Below are positions 27,418-36,617 of a stretch of DNA of 64,000 nt, in pieces. The stretch is from Planctomycetota bacterium (GTDB taxonomy: Bacteria; Planctomycetota; Planctomycetia; JALXBF01). Both the position numbers and the translations under genes were made by a program. The notes beneath the pieces were generated by a model. The model saw only the letters and a program-made list of their open reading frames with translations, ran no database searches and was not told the DNA's origin. The stretch spans positions 1-64,000 of the forward strand of contig JALXBF010000036.1 of NCBI GenBank assembly GCA_026991575.1, in the 5' to 3' direction. Numbering within the stretch: the first letter of the stretch is position 1; each line of letters opens with the position of its first letter.

Positions 27418-28410
27418 ATGATCGGGCAACGCTCTCGCCAACGTCGCGTCCGCCCCGCTTTGCGGGTCGAGCCACTCGAAGCACGCCAGCTCCTGAGCCG
27501 CAACGTCCTGGTTCTGGACTTCACCCCGGATCGCTTGCCGGGCGAGACGCCGTTGAGGGGGTTTGCCCGCGAGTTTGAGCGGTTTGCCGGCGAGAACGGG
27601 CCGCGTTTCCTTGACTTTAACGGCGATGGCGTCGTGGACACGCGCGATGCACGTCGAGCGGCCGCGGCCATCAAGCGGCGGGTCGCCCGTTACTTCAAGG
27701 GTTACGACATCGAGATCGTTGCCGGAGACGTCACAGCCAACCGGGGCCTGGGCAGACGCTGGCTCGCCCGCGGCGAAAGCCAGAAAGACCTCTACGTCAT
27801 GGTCCTCTACGTCGGCGGGCGCGACCGGTGGCAGCCGGACGTCTGGGGGGTGGCGTACCAGGCCCCCGTGGGGTCAAACAACGAGTACTACGCGTACGCC
27901 TACGCCGGCTCGATGGTGCGCTGGTTCCAGCAGTTCGCCCCGTCGGCCTCACCCACCTTGTTCCGCGACGAAGCCGCCCTGACGATCGCTCATGAAGCGG
28001 GCCACCTCATGGGCCTGGGACACGTCAAAGACCACCCGCCGACGATCCCCAGCGTGATGAACTACAGCATCCCGCCGAACCGAGCACGCTTCATCGACCA
28101 GGCGTACACGGCCGATCTGATCTGGCGTTGGGGGCAGCAGAATCCGCACCGGGAAATCATCCGATCGCTCCGAGGCCAACCAGCGACGCACCTGCTGCCG
28201 ACCTACTCGTTGCGGGAAGGGCCTGCGGAGAATCTCGTGCTGGACCGCGCGCCACAGCCTCCCACTGACGCAGCGCGGCCGCTTGGTGCCACGGTCCGGG
28301 CGGTGGTCTCCGAGCTGACAAACAGCCACGCGCCCCGGCAACGGCGGACCACCGTCGACTGGCTCCTTGAAACCAGTCTCGACGAGCTTACCGGCACGAT
28401 CGCCGCGTAA
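27418..28410 (+). CDS. Secreted metzincin-type zinc metalloprotease with a planctomycete N-terminal motif
   Basis: RQRRVRPALRVEPLEARQLLS; dockerin/EF-hand-like DFNGDGVVDTRD; HEAGHLMGLGH and Met-turn SVMNY. Confidence 0.85.
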   Translation: MIGQRSRQRRVRPALRVEPLEARQLLSRNVLVLDFTPDRLPGETPLRGFAREFERFAGENGPRFLDFNGDGVVDTRDARRAAAAIKRRVARYFKGYDIEIVAGDVTANRGLGRRWLARGESQKDLYVMVLYVGGRDRWQPDVWGVAYQAPVGSNNEYYAYAYAGSMVRWFQQFAPSASPTLFRDEAALTIAHEAGHLMGLGHVKDHPPTIPSVMNYSIPPNRARFIDQAYTADLIWRWGQQNPHREIIRSLRGQPATHLLPTYSLREGPAENLVLDRAPQPPTDAARPLGATVRAVVSELTNSHAPRQRRTTVDWLLETSLDELTGTIAA

Positions 28411-28572
28411 CTGGTCCACTGCTTGTTGCCTTGGTAAGAGCTGAGTTCCCCTTAGCCGACCGGTCATCCCGTCACTGCGTGCACGCGTCGCCGACCTCGG
28501 CGGGTGCTCACCCGGTCGGAGCGACGTCGGCCCGGTCCCGGGGCCCCATCGCCAACCGCTCAGAACGTCCCG

Positions 28573-29709
28573 TCACGTGTCCAGCCAGGCGGAGAGCCAG
28601 GCCTGCGCGTCAGCGAATGCCACGCTCAACGACCGGCGATCAGGCCCCGAAGCCAGTAGCGTCACGATCGGTTCGCCAGCGGTGAACCGGGTGCCCGCCC
28701 TGGGCAAATCCGCGAACTCGACCGTTGCACCTGCTGAACCGAACTGCCGCTCCATCGCCTTGCGCGCGCCGCAGACGAGTCGGCAAGCTCGCTCGGCGTA
28801 CACAATCCGCTTGCCCCACACCCGGCGACACCGGCTAACCTGCTCCCATAGGGGGCCATCGCCTCTTTCGCCACCGGTTGCTTGCGCTGGTGACAGTGCC
28901 AGGCTTGTTCCCCACAGCCTCTCGGCCAGCTCGACGGTGGCTGTCCAGCGCGGATTCACCTCTACCGGCCAGAGCCGGCCGCGGAACCGGATCACGTCGA
29001 CCCCGACCAGTCCCCGCAGCCCGGGTACGCTTGCAAGCAGCTCGCCAAGGCGACGGATATCGGCAGTCTCCTCCGCAGAGGCCCGCTCTGGCCCGTCTGC
29101 ACCGACAAACAGAAAAGGCTGCCGGCGACCGCCACGGATTACCTGCCTGCCGAACCACAACAGCTGCCAGCTGCCCTCGCCCACCGCAAACAGCACGGAC
29201 GCCGGTTTACCGGGCACGAACTCCTGCCAGTACCAGTGTCGGGGGTCGTCGCGCAGTTTGCCTGACCAGAACCGGACGCGCAGCCCCCCGCCGCTCGCTC
29301 TCGGCTTGATCAGCCATCGCTTCGCTGTTCCGGGGGGCGGTGGGCAATAGCGCCAGGCGGGCACGGCCAGGCCAGCCTGCCGAAGCTGCGGCCCGAGCGC
29401 TGCCCAGTCGCGCAGCCGGCCGACTGCCTGAGCCGTCGATCCGAGGTTTTGGCCCACGGCGTCCAGTGCAGCCAGGGCCTCGGGCACGTTCTCCAACGGC
29501 GCCCCCCAGAGCACGCCATCGCAACCGGTTGCGCACGCGAGGCGAGTCAGCTGCTCGGCAGCATCCGCCACGACCAGCCGATGCCAGCCTAGCACGAGCC
29601 GCCGCAGATCCTGGTCCCCGAAGCAGTCAAGCGCTACAACCTCGTGGCCGGCCGCCACAAGCGACTGCGCCAAGGCTCGAGCACTGACGGCTGCCACCAG
29701 GATCCTCAT
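28573..29709 (-). CDS. ATP-grasp protein of the type associated with C1-cofactor (H4MPT/methanofuran) gene clusters
   Basis: SARALAQS...DCFGDQD; IKPRASGGG; WQEFVPG; GVDVI...VEVNPR; divergent from fae. Confidence 0.8.
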   Translation of the reverse strand: MRILVAAVSARALAQSLVAAGHEVVALDCFGDQDLRRLVLGWHRLVVADAAEQLTRLACATGCDGVLWGAPLENVPEALAALDAVGQNLGSTAQAVGRLRDWAALGPQLRQAGLAVPAWRYCPPPPGTAKRWLIKPRASGGGLRVRFWSGKLRDDPRHWYWQEFVPGKPASVLFAVGEGSWQLLWFGRQVIRGGRRQPFLFVGADGPERASAEETADIRRLGELLASVPGLRGLVGVDVIRFRGRLWPVEVNPRWTATVELAERLWGTSLALSPAQATGGERGDGPLWEQVSRCRRVWGKRIVYAERACRLVCGARKAMERQFGSAGATVEFADLPRAGTRFTAGEPIVTLLASGPDRRSLSVAFADAQAWLSAWLDT

Positions 29710-29987
29710 GACTGCTGCTGCCTCAGATCATCCGACCGCTTCCCGATGCGTATGCCTCTGCGATCAGTCGCCGTTACGACCGGGCTAGGATCGTACAGGG
29801 CCGCTTGTGGCCCGGCACCGGGGCACCGCCGGGCGGGGACCCGTGGCTGGTCAGCGGCGACGGCGCCAGATCGGACGCGATGCGCGTGGTCTCGGCAGAA
29901 GCTGGCACCAGGCCGTACAGATTGCCACCCCCGCCGCTCGTTTGGGGCATGCGGAGCGTAGGTCCTGGTGCTGCATGCGCGGCCCCA

Positions 29988-30016
29988 TTGACAACCGCGC
30001 CCGCGTGTCGGACAAT
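29988..30016 (+). promoter_or_regulatory. sigma70 promoter of fae
   Basis: TTGACA (29988-29993), N17, GACAAT (30011-30016); AAGGAGG SD at 30061-30067. Confidence 0.7.
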
Positions 30017-30075
30017 CTGCCTTCGGTAATCGTTCGGCGCGGTGAACCCGTGTGTGGTGGAAGGAGGATCGGAAC

Positions 30076-30567
30076 ATGAGCTTCTACGTCGGCGAAGCCC
30101 TCGTTGGGGAAGGCAACGAGGTAGCCCACATTGATCTGATCATTGGGGATAAGTCCGGTCCGGCGGGCATCGCGTTTGCAAACGCTCTGGCTCGCCAATC
30201 GCAGGGTCACACGAACCTGCTGGCTGTGCTGACGCCCAACCTGGTTTGTAAACCAGCCACGGTGATGATCACCAAGGTGACGATCAAGGGGGCGCGCCAG
30301 GCGGAGCAGATGTTCGGACCGGCCCAGTACGCGGTCGCCAAGGCGGTGACCGATTGTGTTGCCGAAGGCATCATCCCCAAGCACCTCGTCGATGAGTACG
30401 TCATCGTCTGCGGCGTGTTCATTCACTGGGAGGCGAGCGACAACCAGAAGATCTTCCAGTACAACTACGAGGCGACCAAGTTAGCGATCCAACGGGCGCT
30501 TAGCGGCCAGCCAACGATCGATGAGATTCTGGCTCAGAAGGACGAAGTCAAGCATCCGTTCGCGTGA
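30076..30567 (+). CDS. fae: Formaldehyde-activating enzyme
   Basis: [34 protein letters not shown]...QMFGPAQ; VFIHWEA; YNYEATK. Confidence 0.97.
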   Translation: MSFYVGEALVGEGNEVAHIDLIIGDKSGPAGIAFANALARQSQGHTNLLAVLTPNLVCKPATVMITKVTIKGARQAEQMFGPAQYAVAKAVTDCVAEGIIPKHLVDEYVIVCGVFIHWEASDNQKIFQYNYEATKLAIQRALSGQPTIDEILAQKDEVKHPFA

Positions 30568-30590
30568 CGTGAACTGCCCGTAGTTGCTGT

Positions 30591-30624
30591 GTCACGCCGC
30601 GTCACCGACGCGGCGTGACTTTTT
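30591..30624 (+). terminator. Intrinsic terminator between fae and mtd
   Basis: Perfect 13-bp stem gtcacgccgcgtc-acc-gacgcggcgtgac followed by TTTTT. Confidence 0.85.
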
Positions 30625-30662
30625 GTCTCTGGTAAGATCGCTCGGTGAGCGGGGCAGGCGCT

Positions 30663-31523
30663 GTGAAGCGGATTCTGTTACAGCTCGACACCGATAGTCA
30701 GCCCAGCACGTTTGACGCCATTGTGGCGTTGGACGCAGCAGCAGACCAACTTCTTCGGCACGGCCTGGTGACACCAGAGAACGTCGAGCCACTGGTGCAC
30801 GGGGCGATGTTCACCCGCGCGCCGCAGGACCTGCGCAACACGGCGATCTTTATCGGTGGCAGCCGGTTGGAGGAAGGCGAGGCCGTGCTGCGCCGTGTGC
30901 TGGAGACGTTCTTCGGTCCGTTCCGCGTCTCGGTCATGTTGGATTCGAACGGCGCCAACACCACGGCAGCGGCCGCGGTGCTCCGTGTGGGGCAGCACCT
31001 GAAGCTGGCGGAGGCCCGCTGCCTGGTGCTGGGCGGTACGGGTCCGGTGGGCCGTCGCGTCGCGCGTCTGCTCGCCGCCGAAGGAGCGTACGTCCTGCTA
31101 GGTTCGCGCCGCCTCGAGCGGGCAAAGCAGGCATGGCAAGCCGTGCAGGAGGCCGTGCCGGTGGCACGGGGTGAAGCATGCCAGACGTCCGATCCGGAGG
31201 CACTTGCCCAGTGCATCGCATGCGCCGACGCGGTAGTTGCCGCTGGAGCCGCCGGTGTCCAGCTCTTGCCCGCCCAACTGTGGCAGCAGCAACGCCAGCT
31301 GCGCGTTGCGGTGGACCTGAACGCAGTCCCCCCCACCGGAATTGAGGGAATCGAGCCCAGTGACAAGGCACACGAGCGGCATGGCGTCATCTGCTACGGC
31401 GCACTGGGTGTGGGGTCACTGAAGATGAGGATTCACCGGAGGGCGGTGCAGCGTCTGTTTGAAACAAACGACGCTGTACTCGACGCTGAGCAGATTTACG
31501 CGCTGGGAAAGGAGCAGCTCTAG
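30663..31523 (+). CDS. mtdC: NAD(P)-dependent methylene-H4MPT/H4F dehydrogenase (MtdA/MtdC type)
   Basis: LLQLDTDSQPSTFD; GAMFTR; TAIFIGG; FFGPFRVSVMLDSNGANTTAAAAV; GGTGPVG; DLNAVPP. The MtdC label is inferred from the planctomycete context. Confidence 0.9.
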   Translation: MKRILLQLDTDSQPSTFDAIVALDAAADQLLRHGLVTPENVEPLVHGAMFTRAPQDLRNTAIFIGGSRLEEGEAVLRRVLETFFGPFRVSVMLDSNGANTTAAAAVLRVGQHLKLAEARCLVLGGTGPVGRRVARLLAAEGAYVLLGSRRLERAKQAWQAVQEAVPVARGEACQTSDPEALAQCIACADAVVAAGAAGVQLLPAQLWQQQRQLRVAVDLNAVPPTGIEGIEPSDKAHERHGVICYGALGVGSLKMRIHRRAVQRLFETNDAVLDAEQIYALGKEQL

Positions 31524-31546
31524 CCGGCGGCCGCATGCTGGATCGT

Positions 31547-32239
31547 TCAGGCGGCCCGCGCCAGCCTGCCGATCTGCCACCAGGCGCGCTGTCGGTCCTG
31601 CCACAGTCGTTCCACATGGGTCGAACTGACACTTCGGGCACGCTCCGCGGCCGCCAGCACCAGCGCTCCCTGCACGAACCACACCACACGCCGCGGAACG
31701 CCACCGCTCAGCGCCGCAATGGCCTCAAGCGCCCGTTCGCTGAACGGCACCAGCGCCCCGCCACCCGCCCTAACCCACGCCCAGCGAATGGCCTGGCGCA
31801 CCGCCGGCCGCGTCCATGGCTCCAGCAGCAGTACCCTGATTGAGCGGCTCAGCCGGGCAGACGTCAGGCTCGTTGGTATGCGGCTACCACCAATTCGAAC
31901 TGCATAGATTGTCGGTGGCCCGGTGGTGGCCCGGGCTACAAGCATCGTCTCCGTGGCGTTGTCCACCAGCCCAAGTGGCGTCCCGTCGTGATCGTCCAAT
32001 TGCAGGAGATGCCTGAGGAGTTCCAGAGTCAGCGTCTTGCCGACGCCGGCCAGACCACAGAGTACCGCCGCCTGTGCTCGGTCGGGCCGGCGGAGCCAGT
32101 CAACCAGCGCACTCAAGACCGCCCGATGGTTCCCCACCGGCGCGTAGGCCGAGAGCACGTCCCCGGTAAATGGCAGGCGGTTAAGCCTCCAGTGGGCTAG
32201 TGTCGCGGAAGTGAGCGCCCCGGCAGGCACGTTTATCAT
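31547..32239 (-). CDS. ExeA/GspA-like small AAA protein with a degenerate Walker B
   Basis: HWRLNRLPF; LCGLAGVGKT; LVDNA; FSERALEAIAALSGGVPRRV. Confidence 0.7.
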   Translation of the reverse strand: MINVPAGALTSATLAHWRLNRLPFTGDVLSAYAPVGNHRAVLSALVDWLRRPDRAQAAVLCGLAGVGKTLTLELLRHLLQLDDHDGTPLGLVDNATETMLVARATTGPPTIYAVRIGGSRIPTSLTSARLSRSIRVLLLEPWTRPAVRQAIRWAWVRAGGGALVPFSERALEAIAALSGGVPRRVVWFVQGALVLAAAERARSVSSTHVERLWQDRQRAWWQIGRLARAA

Positions 32240-32259
32240 TGCGGACCTCTCTGCCTGAC

Positions 32260-33084
32260 TCAGCCTACCGTGGTCATCGACCGGGCGGCCGGTTCGGCCG
32301 CAGCGTTCGCGAACGTTTCAAAGATGGCCTCGATCACAACCCCCTTTCGCTGGAGCTCGCCAACCAGTTGCTCACGCGGTTCACTGCCGTCACCCCCGGC
32401 ACGGTCCACGACCACGGCGCTGGTCAGCGGCAAGCGTTCCACAGGCAGGGCAGCGGTCGTCGGGTGACCACCCGCATCGATGATCGCCAACGCCAGGTGC
32501 GGGGCAAGCTTCTCCAGCAACTCGCGGAGTGCGTTGATCGTTCGGGCTCGGTACGCACGGCGGCAGCCGGTGAGCGTTGGCGTCAGCAGGCCGACGCGGG
32601 CGCGCCGGTCGAAGAAGAGTGGCTTCCACAACGGCTTCTGCGGTAACCCGGACACCTGGACCACAGCCCAGTCGATACCGTCATCGACGTGGATGCCGAG
32701 CACTCTTGCCAGTGAGGGGGAGTCGAACGCCAAGTCCACGAGCAAGCTGTACTCGCCAAGCTCGGCTGCCGCGCGCGCCAGAGCCACGGCAATCGTCGTG
32801 CAGCCGCTACCAGGTGCCGGTGAAACCACCGCAACGGTCGGCGTTCGCCCCAGCGGTCGGCTGAAGAGCACGCGATGCACAACGTTCACCAGTGCGGGGC
32901 CGGCCAGATCATAGAGCCGCAAGGCCGTTTCGGGCCAGCGCAGCCCGAGGCGGGGCGCTTCGGACGGTGCCGACCGACGCTTCCGCTCTGTAAGCCGCCC
33001 AAAATGCGGCCTGCCAGACCTGTGCGCTCTGTCCAGTCTCATTTCCGGTGCCATCGACCACCACTCCCCGGTGTCTAACGCCAT
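32260..33084 (-). CDS. MinD/ParA/CpsD-like P-loop protein with a degenerate Walker A
   Basis: VAVVSPAPGSGCTTIAVALARA; LLVDLAFDSPSLARVLG; LAIIDAG. Confidence 0.7.
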   Translation of the reverse strand: MALDTGEWWSMAPEMRLDRAHRSGRPHFGRLTERKRRSAPSEAPRLGLRWPETALRLYDLAGPALVNVVHRVLFSRPLGRTPTVAVVSPAPGSGCTTIAVALARAAAELGEYSLLVDLAFDSPSLARVLGIHVDDGIDWAVVQVSGLPQKPLWKPLFFDRRARVGLLTPTLTGCRRAYRARTINALRELLEKLAPHLALAIIDAGGHPTTAALPVERLPLTSAVVVDRAGGDGSEPREQLVGELQRKGVVIEAIFETFANAAAEPAARSMTTVG

Positions 33085-33530
33085 TCACCCCGCTGAACCC
33101 GCTCTGATCGCAACGCCGCCCCGGTCTCTGCCGCCGCCCTCGACTCAGCTCGGTCCGTCGCAAGCAGCTCGGAACCCCGCCGCGGGACGCCCCGAACGAC
33201 CAGCGGCTTGACGGGCAGAATCGGCATCAGCTCCCCTTGGCCATCCGCCGTCGCGTTGGCCTGGCTCTGCTGGGCTGAAAGGTGCCGAACCAGAGCCGTC
33301 CGTACCGGCTCCAGCCGAGGACTACCGAATAGCACCGCCGAACTGACAACGAGCACCAGGACGATGAGCAGGCCGATGTTGTGTTCTCGGTGCCGTGATC
33401 GTGGGCGACCGGAGTTCGGCTGCGTCAACCGTGCGAAATCGGGCACGCGTACGACCAGAGGTTCACTGGCCAGCCGCTGCCGCCACGAGCTGAGTTGCGG
33501 ACTGCTGCACCTGGCTCCATTCACTGGCAA
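33075..33530 (-). CDS. Hypothetical single-TM protein
   Basis: Central hydrophobic helix IGLLIVLVLVVSSAVLFG; overlaps the start of the next gene. Confidence 0.55.
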   Translation of the reverse strand: MPVNGARCSSPQLSSWRQRLASEPLVVRVPDFARLTQPNSGRPRSRHREHNIGLLIVLVLVVSSAVLFGSPRLEPVRTALVRHLSAQQSQANATADGQGELMPILPVKPLVVRGVPRRGSELLATDRAESRAAAETGAALRSERVQRGEWR

Positions 33531-33599
33531 GTACCCTGCCGTCTGCGTCAGAGATGCCGTGTACGCCGGCGCACCAACCGCGCGGCGTGCTTATCCCTA

Positions 33600-33628
33600 G
33601 AATCGGCCCGGCCGGTTACCGGCCTTTA
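33600..33628 (-). promoter_or_regulatory. Putative sigma28-like promoter of the 33530-31547 operon
   Basis: Minus strand TAAA (33628-33625), N17, GCCGATTC (33607-33600). The spacer is longer than the canonical 15-16. Confidence 0.35.
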
Positions 33629-33833
33629 GCAGCCCTTCGCGACGTGGTCAGCGTCCTTGCGCTCCTCCATTGGCATTCGAGTATCCCATCGGTTCCGATC
33701 GGCTTCGACCCGGTACCCACGGATGGGACCGAGTGGTGGCACGGGACCGCCGGCCGGCAGCATTCCGTCCGAACATCGCACGTCCGGCTCGGTCACCGTG
33801 CTCACCAGTTGGGGCCCTGTTGCGTGCGGACGG

Positions 33834-34256
33834 TCACTCGCCGATGATCTTGATCAACACCCGCTTTGGACGCCGGCCGTCGAATTCGCCGTAGAAGATC
33901 TGTTCCCACGGGCCGAAGTCAAGCTTCCCGTTCGTGATCGCCACGACGACCTCCCGACCCATGATCTGGCGTTTCATGTGTGCGTCCGCGTTGTCCTCAC
34001 CGGTTCGATTGTGCAGGTAGCGCTCTGGCGACGGGTCGAAGGGGGCAAGCTCCTCCAGCCACCTGCGGTAATCTTCGTGCAAGCCTTCCTCGTCGTCGTT
34101 GATGAAAACGCTGGCCGTAATGTGCATCGCGTTGACCAGGCACAGGCCCTCGCGAACACCGCTCTTGCGCACGGCCTCTTCCACCTGCGGCGTGATGTTG
34201 ATGAACTCCACGCGATTAGCCGTGTTGAACGTCAGGTACTCCGTGTAGGACTTCAT
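33834..34256 (-). CDS. yjbQ: YjbQ family (secondary thiamine-phosphate synthase) protein
   Basis: [46 protein letters not shown]. Confidence 0.93.
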   Translation of the reverse strand: MKSYTEYLTFNTANRVEFINITPQVEEAVRKSGVREGLCLVNAMHITASVFINDDEEGLHEDYRRWLEELAPFDPSPERYLHNRTGEDNADAHMKRQIMGREVVVAITNGKLDFGPWEQIFYGEFDGRRPKRVLIKIIGE

Positions 34257-34824
34257 GGCGTGCTCCCGCACACAGCCACCAACGCGTCGCCATTAGCTTC
34301 GAGCTGTTCCGGCAGCTCGCTAAGTACCCTTTCCGCGAAGTGTACACGTTGCCGGCACCTGTGGCCGGACACGCCCTGGCCCACTCAAGCCGAAGGCCAT
34401 CTGCGATCCACGCCAGACAGAGGCCGGCGCCGGCGAGCGCCGTCGGTCTCCAATCCCGTCGTTCCGTTCCCCCTTTGACCGGATCCGACCCCACACCAAG
34501 TGCACCAACCGACACGCACGCCGGCACGAAATGCCCCGCAGAGGTCGTTGACGAGAAGCACAGTTGTTTCACTTCCGTCTCTGTACCAGTCGCCGGCAGC
34601 CGAGCCACGCATCCGCGCAGACAGGAGGCTGAGCACGGCCGCACGGAATCGACGAACGCCAATGCCTACCCGGGGGCGGGTGGAGGAGCACTTGGCGGCT
34701 CTCCGCTTCCGAACCATGCTTATGTTCTCGAACTGCCCCACACACGCAAGCAAGCCTCTCGCGTGGTCACGATCCGTTGCCCCCCGTGCTCGGCATCGAA
34801 AACATCGCGCCGCGCACCGGGCGG

Positions 34825-35043
34825 TCAAGAGTTTGGATAGCACCACGGAACCCATACGGTCCCCCACGCGCTAGCCATCCCTTGCACGGCTTCGGGCACC
34901 GTGCCCCCGCGGTCTTCGATTGCGTTGAGCAGTCGCAGGAACAGCTCACCGAATGTTTCTTCGTTCTGGCGGCGTTGGACGCGACAGCAGCCATCGGGCC
35001 CGGGCACGGCTAACGTCGCGCAGGCCACGTCGTGCGGCCGCAT
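34825..35043 (-). CDS. Possible small hypothetical protein (72 aa)
   Basis: MRPHDVACATLAVPGPDGCCRVQRRQNEETFGELFLRLLNAIEDRGG...; coding-like core, but no clear SD. Confidence 0.3.
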   Translation of the reverse strand: MRPHDVACATLAVPGPDGCCRVQRRQNEETFGELFLRLLNAIEDRGGTVPEAVQGMASAWGTVWVPWCYPNS

Positions 35044-35516
35044 ACGCTTCGCACTGGCGCTGGCCCTCGTGCGTCGGGATGGCCTGGCTACACCGCGTGC
35101 GCCACCGGCCAGGCCACGGCGGGCTACAGCAGGGGAAACAAAGAGACTCCTCGCGGCGGCCGGCGCTACGCATTGCGGCTGGATGGGAAACGACCACATC
35201 CCGCCACAGCCGCGTAAGGTACCGGCCCACAGTACCTTGCCTTCGGCAACCGGCACCAACATCCTGTGCAACGTCGCCCACCCTACCCCTCGCGGGCCGC
35301 CGTCCCGGCCACGCCACAACGGCTGGGTGGGCCGGCGGAGCAGCCATCCGCATTGACGCAACCGGCATGGTTCCGCACGCTCTTTGCCAGGAGAGTGGTC
35401 TGCGATAGCGGCTGGGCCGATGTGCTAAGAGGGGGACGCCGGCGAAGCGGTCATCGGTCCGAGCAGCTCGGCGCCACCATGGGCCAATCGGGGAAGGGAC
35501 GCAAGGACTCGTGACC

Positions 35517-36587
35517 ATGAATCTGCGTGGTCTTGCGATCGGTCTGGTACTCGGTGCTGCCCTGGGATCGGGACCGGTATTGTTGTACCGACTGTCCAGC
35601 CAGGCGCCCGGCTCAGCGGGTTCGCCGACCGTGGAGCACGCGCCGGAGGCCGTGCCTTCCCCGCAGCGGAGCCAAGCAACCGGTTCGGGGGCAAGCAATC
35701 CGGCCGCCGCAGCACCACGCGTGCCCACCTCGCGGCCAGAGACGCCAGCCTCCCCACCGCCGGCCCGAGTCGGCACGCAGCAGCCGTCCGATTCGCCGGC
35801 GGTTGCTAGCCGCATCTTGGCCAACCTGGCAGCGCGTCAAGCGAAAGGTTTTCCTCCGCCGCGGCAGGGACTGCTCGGCGATCGGGACCTGACTCGGGCG
35901 CTGGCACAGGCCGAGGAGCTGGTCGCCACCGGTCGGCTTGAAGAGGCACATCGGTTCTTGTCGGACGTTTACTTTGGTCCGGAGCTGACGGCGGAGCAAC
36001 GCAGCCAGCTTGCCCGCGTCCTCGAACCGCTCGCGGAGCAACTACTCCGGTCGCTCGACCCTGCCTACTACGGCCCCGTACATGTGGTGCAGCCGGGAGA
36101 CACGCCTGCCCGCATTGCGGCACCGTTCAGAATTCCGTATCAGTACCTTGCCCGTCTCAACGGCTTCGGCCGTTACATCCGCGTCGGACAGCGGTTGAAG
36201 ATCGTCCGCGGACCGTTCGACGTGCTTGTCGAGCTAGGCCAATTCGAGCTGGTGGTCCTGCTTCACGGTCGGTTCATCAAGCGGTACCCGATTGGCATCG
36301 GCCGTGACGGTAGCTCGCCGACAGGGCTGTTCAGGGTGACCCAGAAGGTGGTGAATCCTACGTGGTATCCGGCCGAAGGCGGGATCGTGCCACCGGATGA
36401 TCCCCGCAACCCGCTGGGCACGCGCTGGATTGGAATCGGTGGCTCGTATGGCATCCACGGCACCCGCGAACCGGAGTCGATCGGCAAGGCGGCTAGTCGG
36501 GGCTGCATCCGGATGCACAATCGCGACGTCGAGGAGCTGTACGATATGCTCGTCGAAGAGCATTCGCGCGTGCTGATTCGGCCCTGA
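35517..36587 (+). CDS. L,D-transpeptidase (YkuD family) with a LysM domain
   Basis: N-terminal TM helix; Pro/Ala linker; LysM HVVQPGDT...LNG...VGQRLKI; NPLGTRWIG...YGIHGT...ASRGCIRM. Confidence 0.93.
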   Translation: MNLRGLAIGLVLGAALGSGPVLLYRLSSQAPGSAGSPTVEHAPEAVPSPQRSQATGSGASNPAAAAPRVPTSRPETPASPPPARVGTQQPSDSPAVASRILANLAARQAKGFPPPRQGLLGDRDLTRALAQAEELVATGRLEEAHRFLSDVYFGPELTAEQRSQLARVLEPLAEQLLRSLDPAYYGPVHVVQPGDTPARIAAPFRIPYQYLARLNGFGRYIRVGQRLKIVRGPFDVLVELGQFELVVLLHGRFIKRYPIGIGRDGSSPTGLFRVTQKVVNPTWYPAEGGIVPPDDPRNPLGTRWIGIGGSYGIHGTREPESIGKAASRGCIRMHNRDVEELYDMLVEEHSRVLIRP

Positions 36588-36617
36588 CGATGGCCACGGT
36601 CCGGGCCGTCGAGCCAG

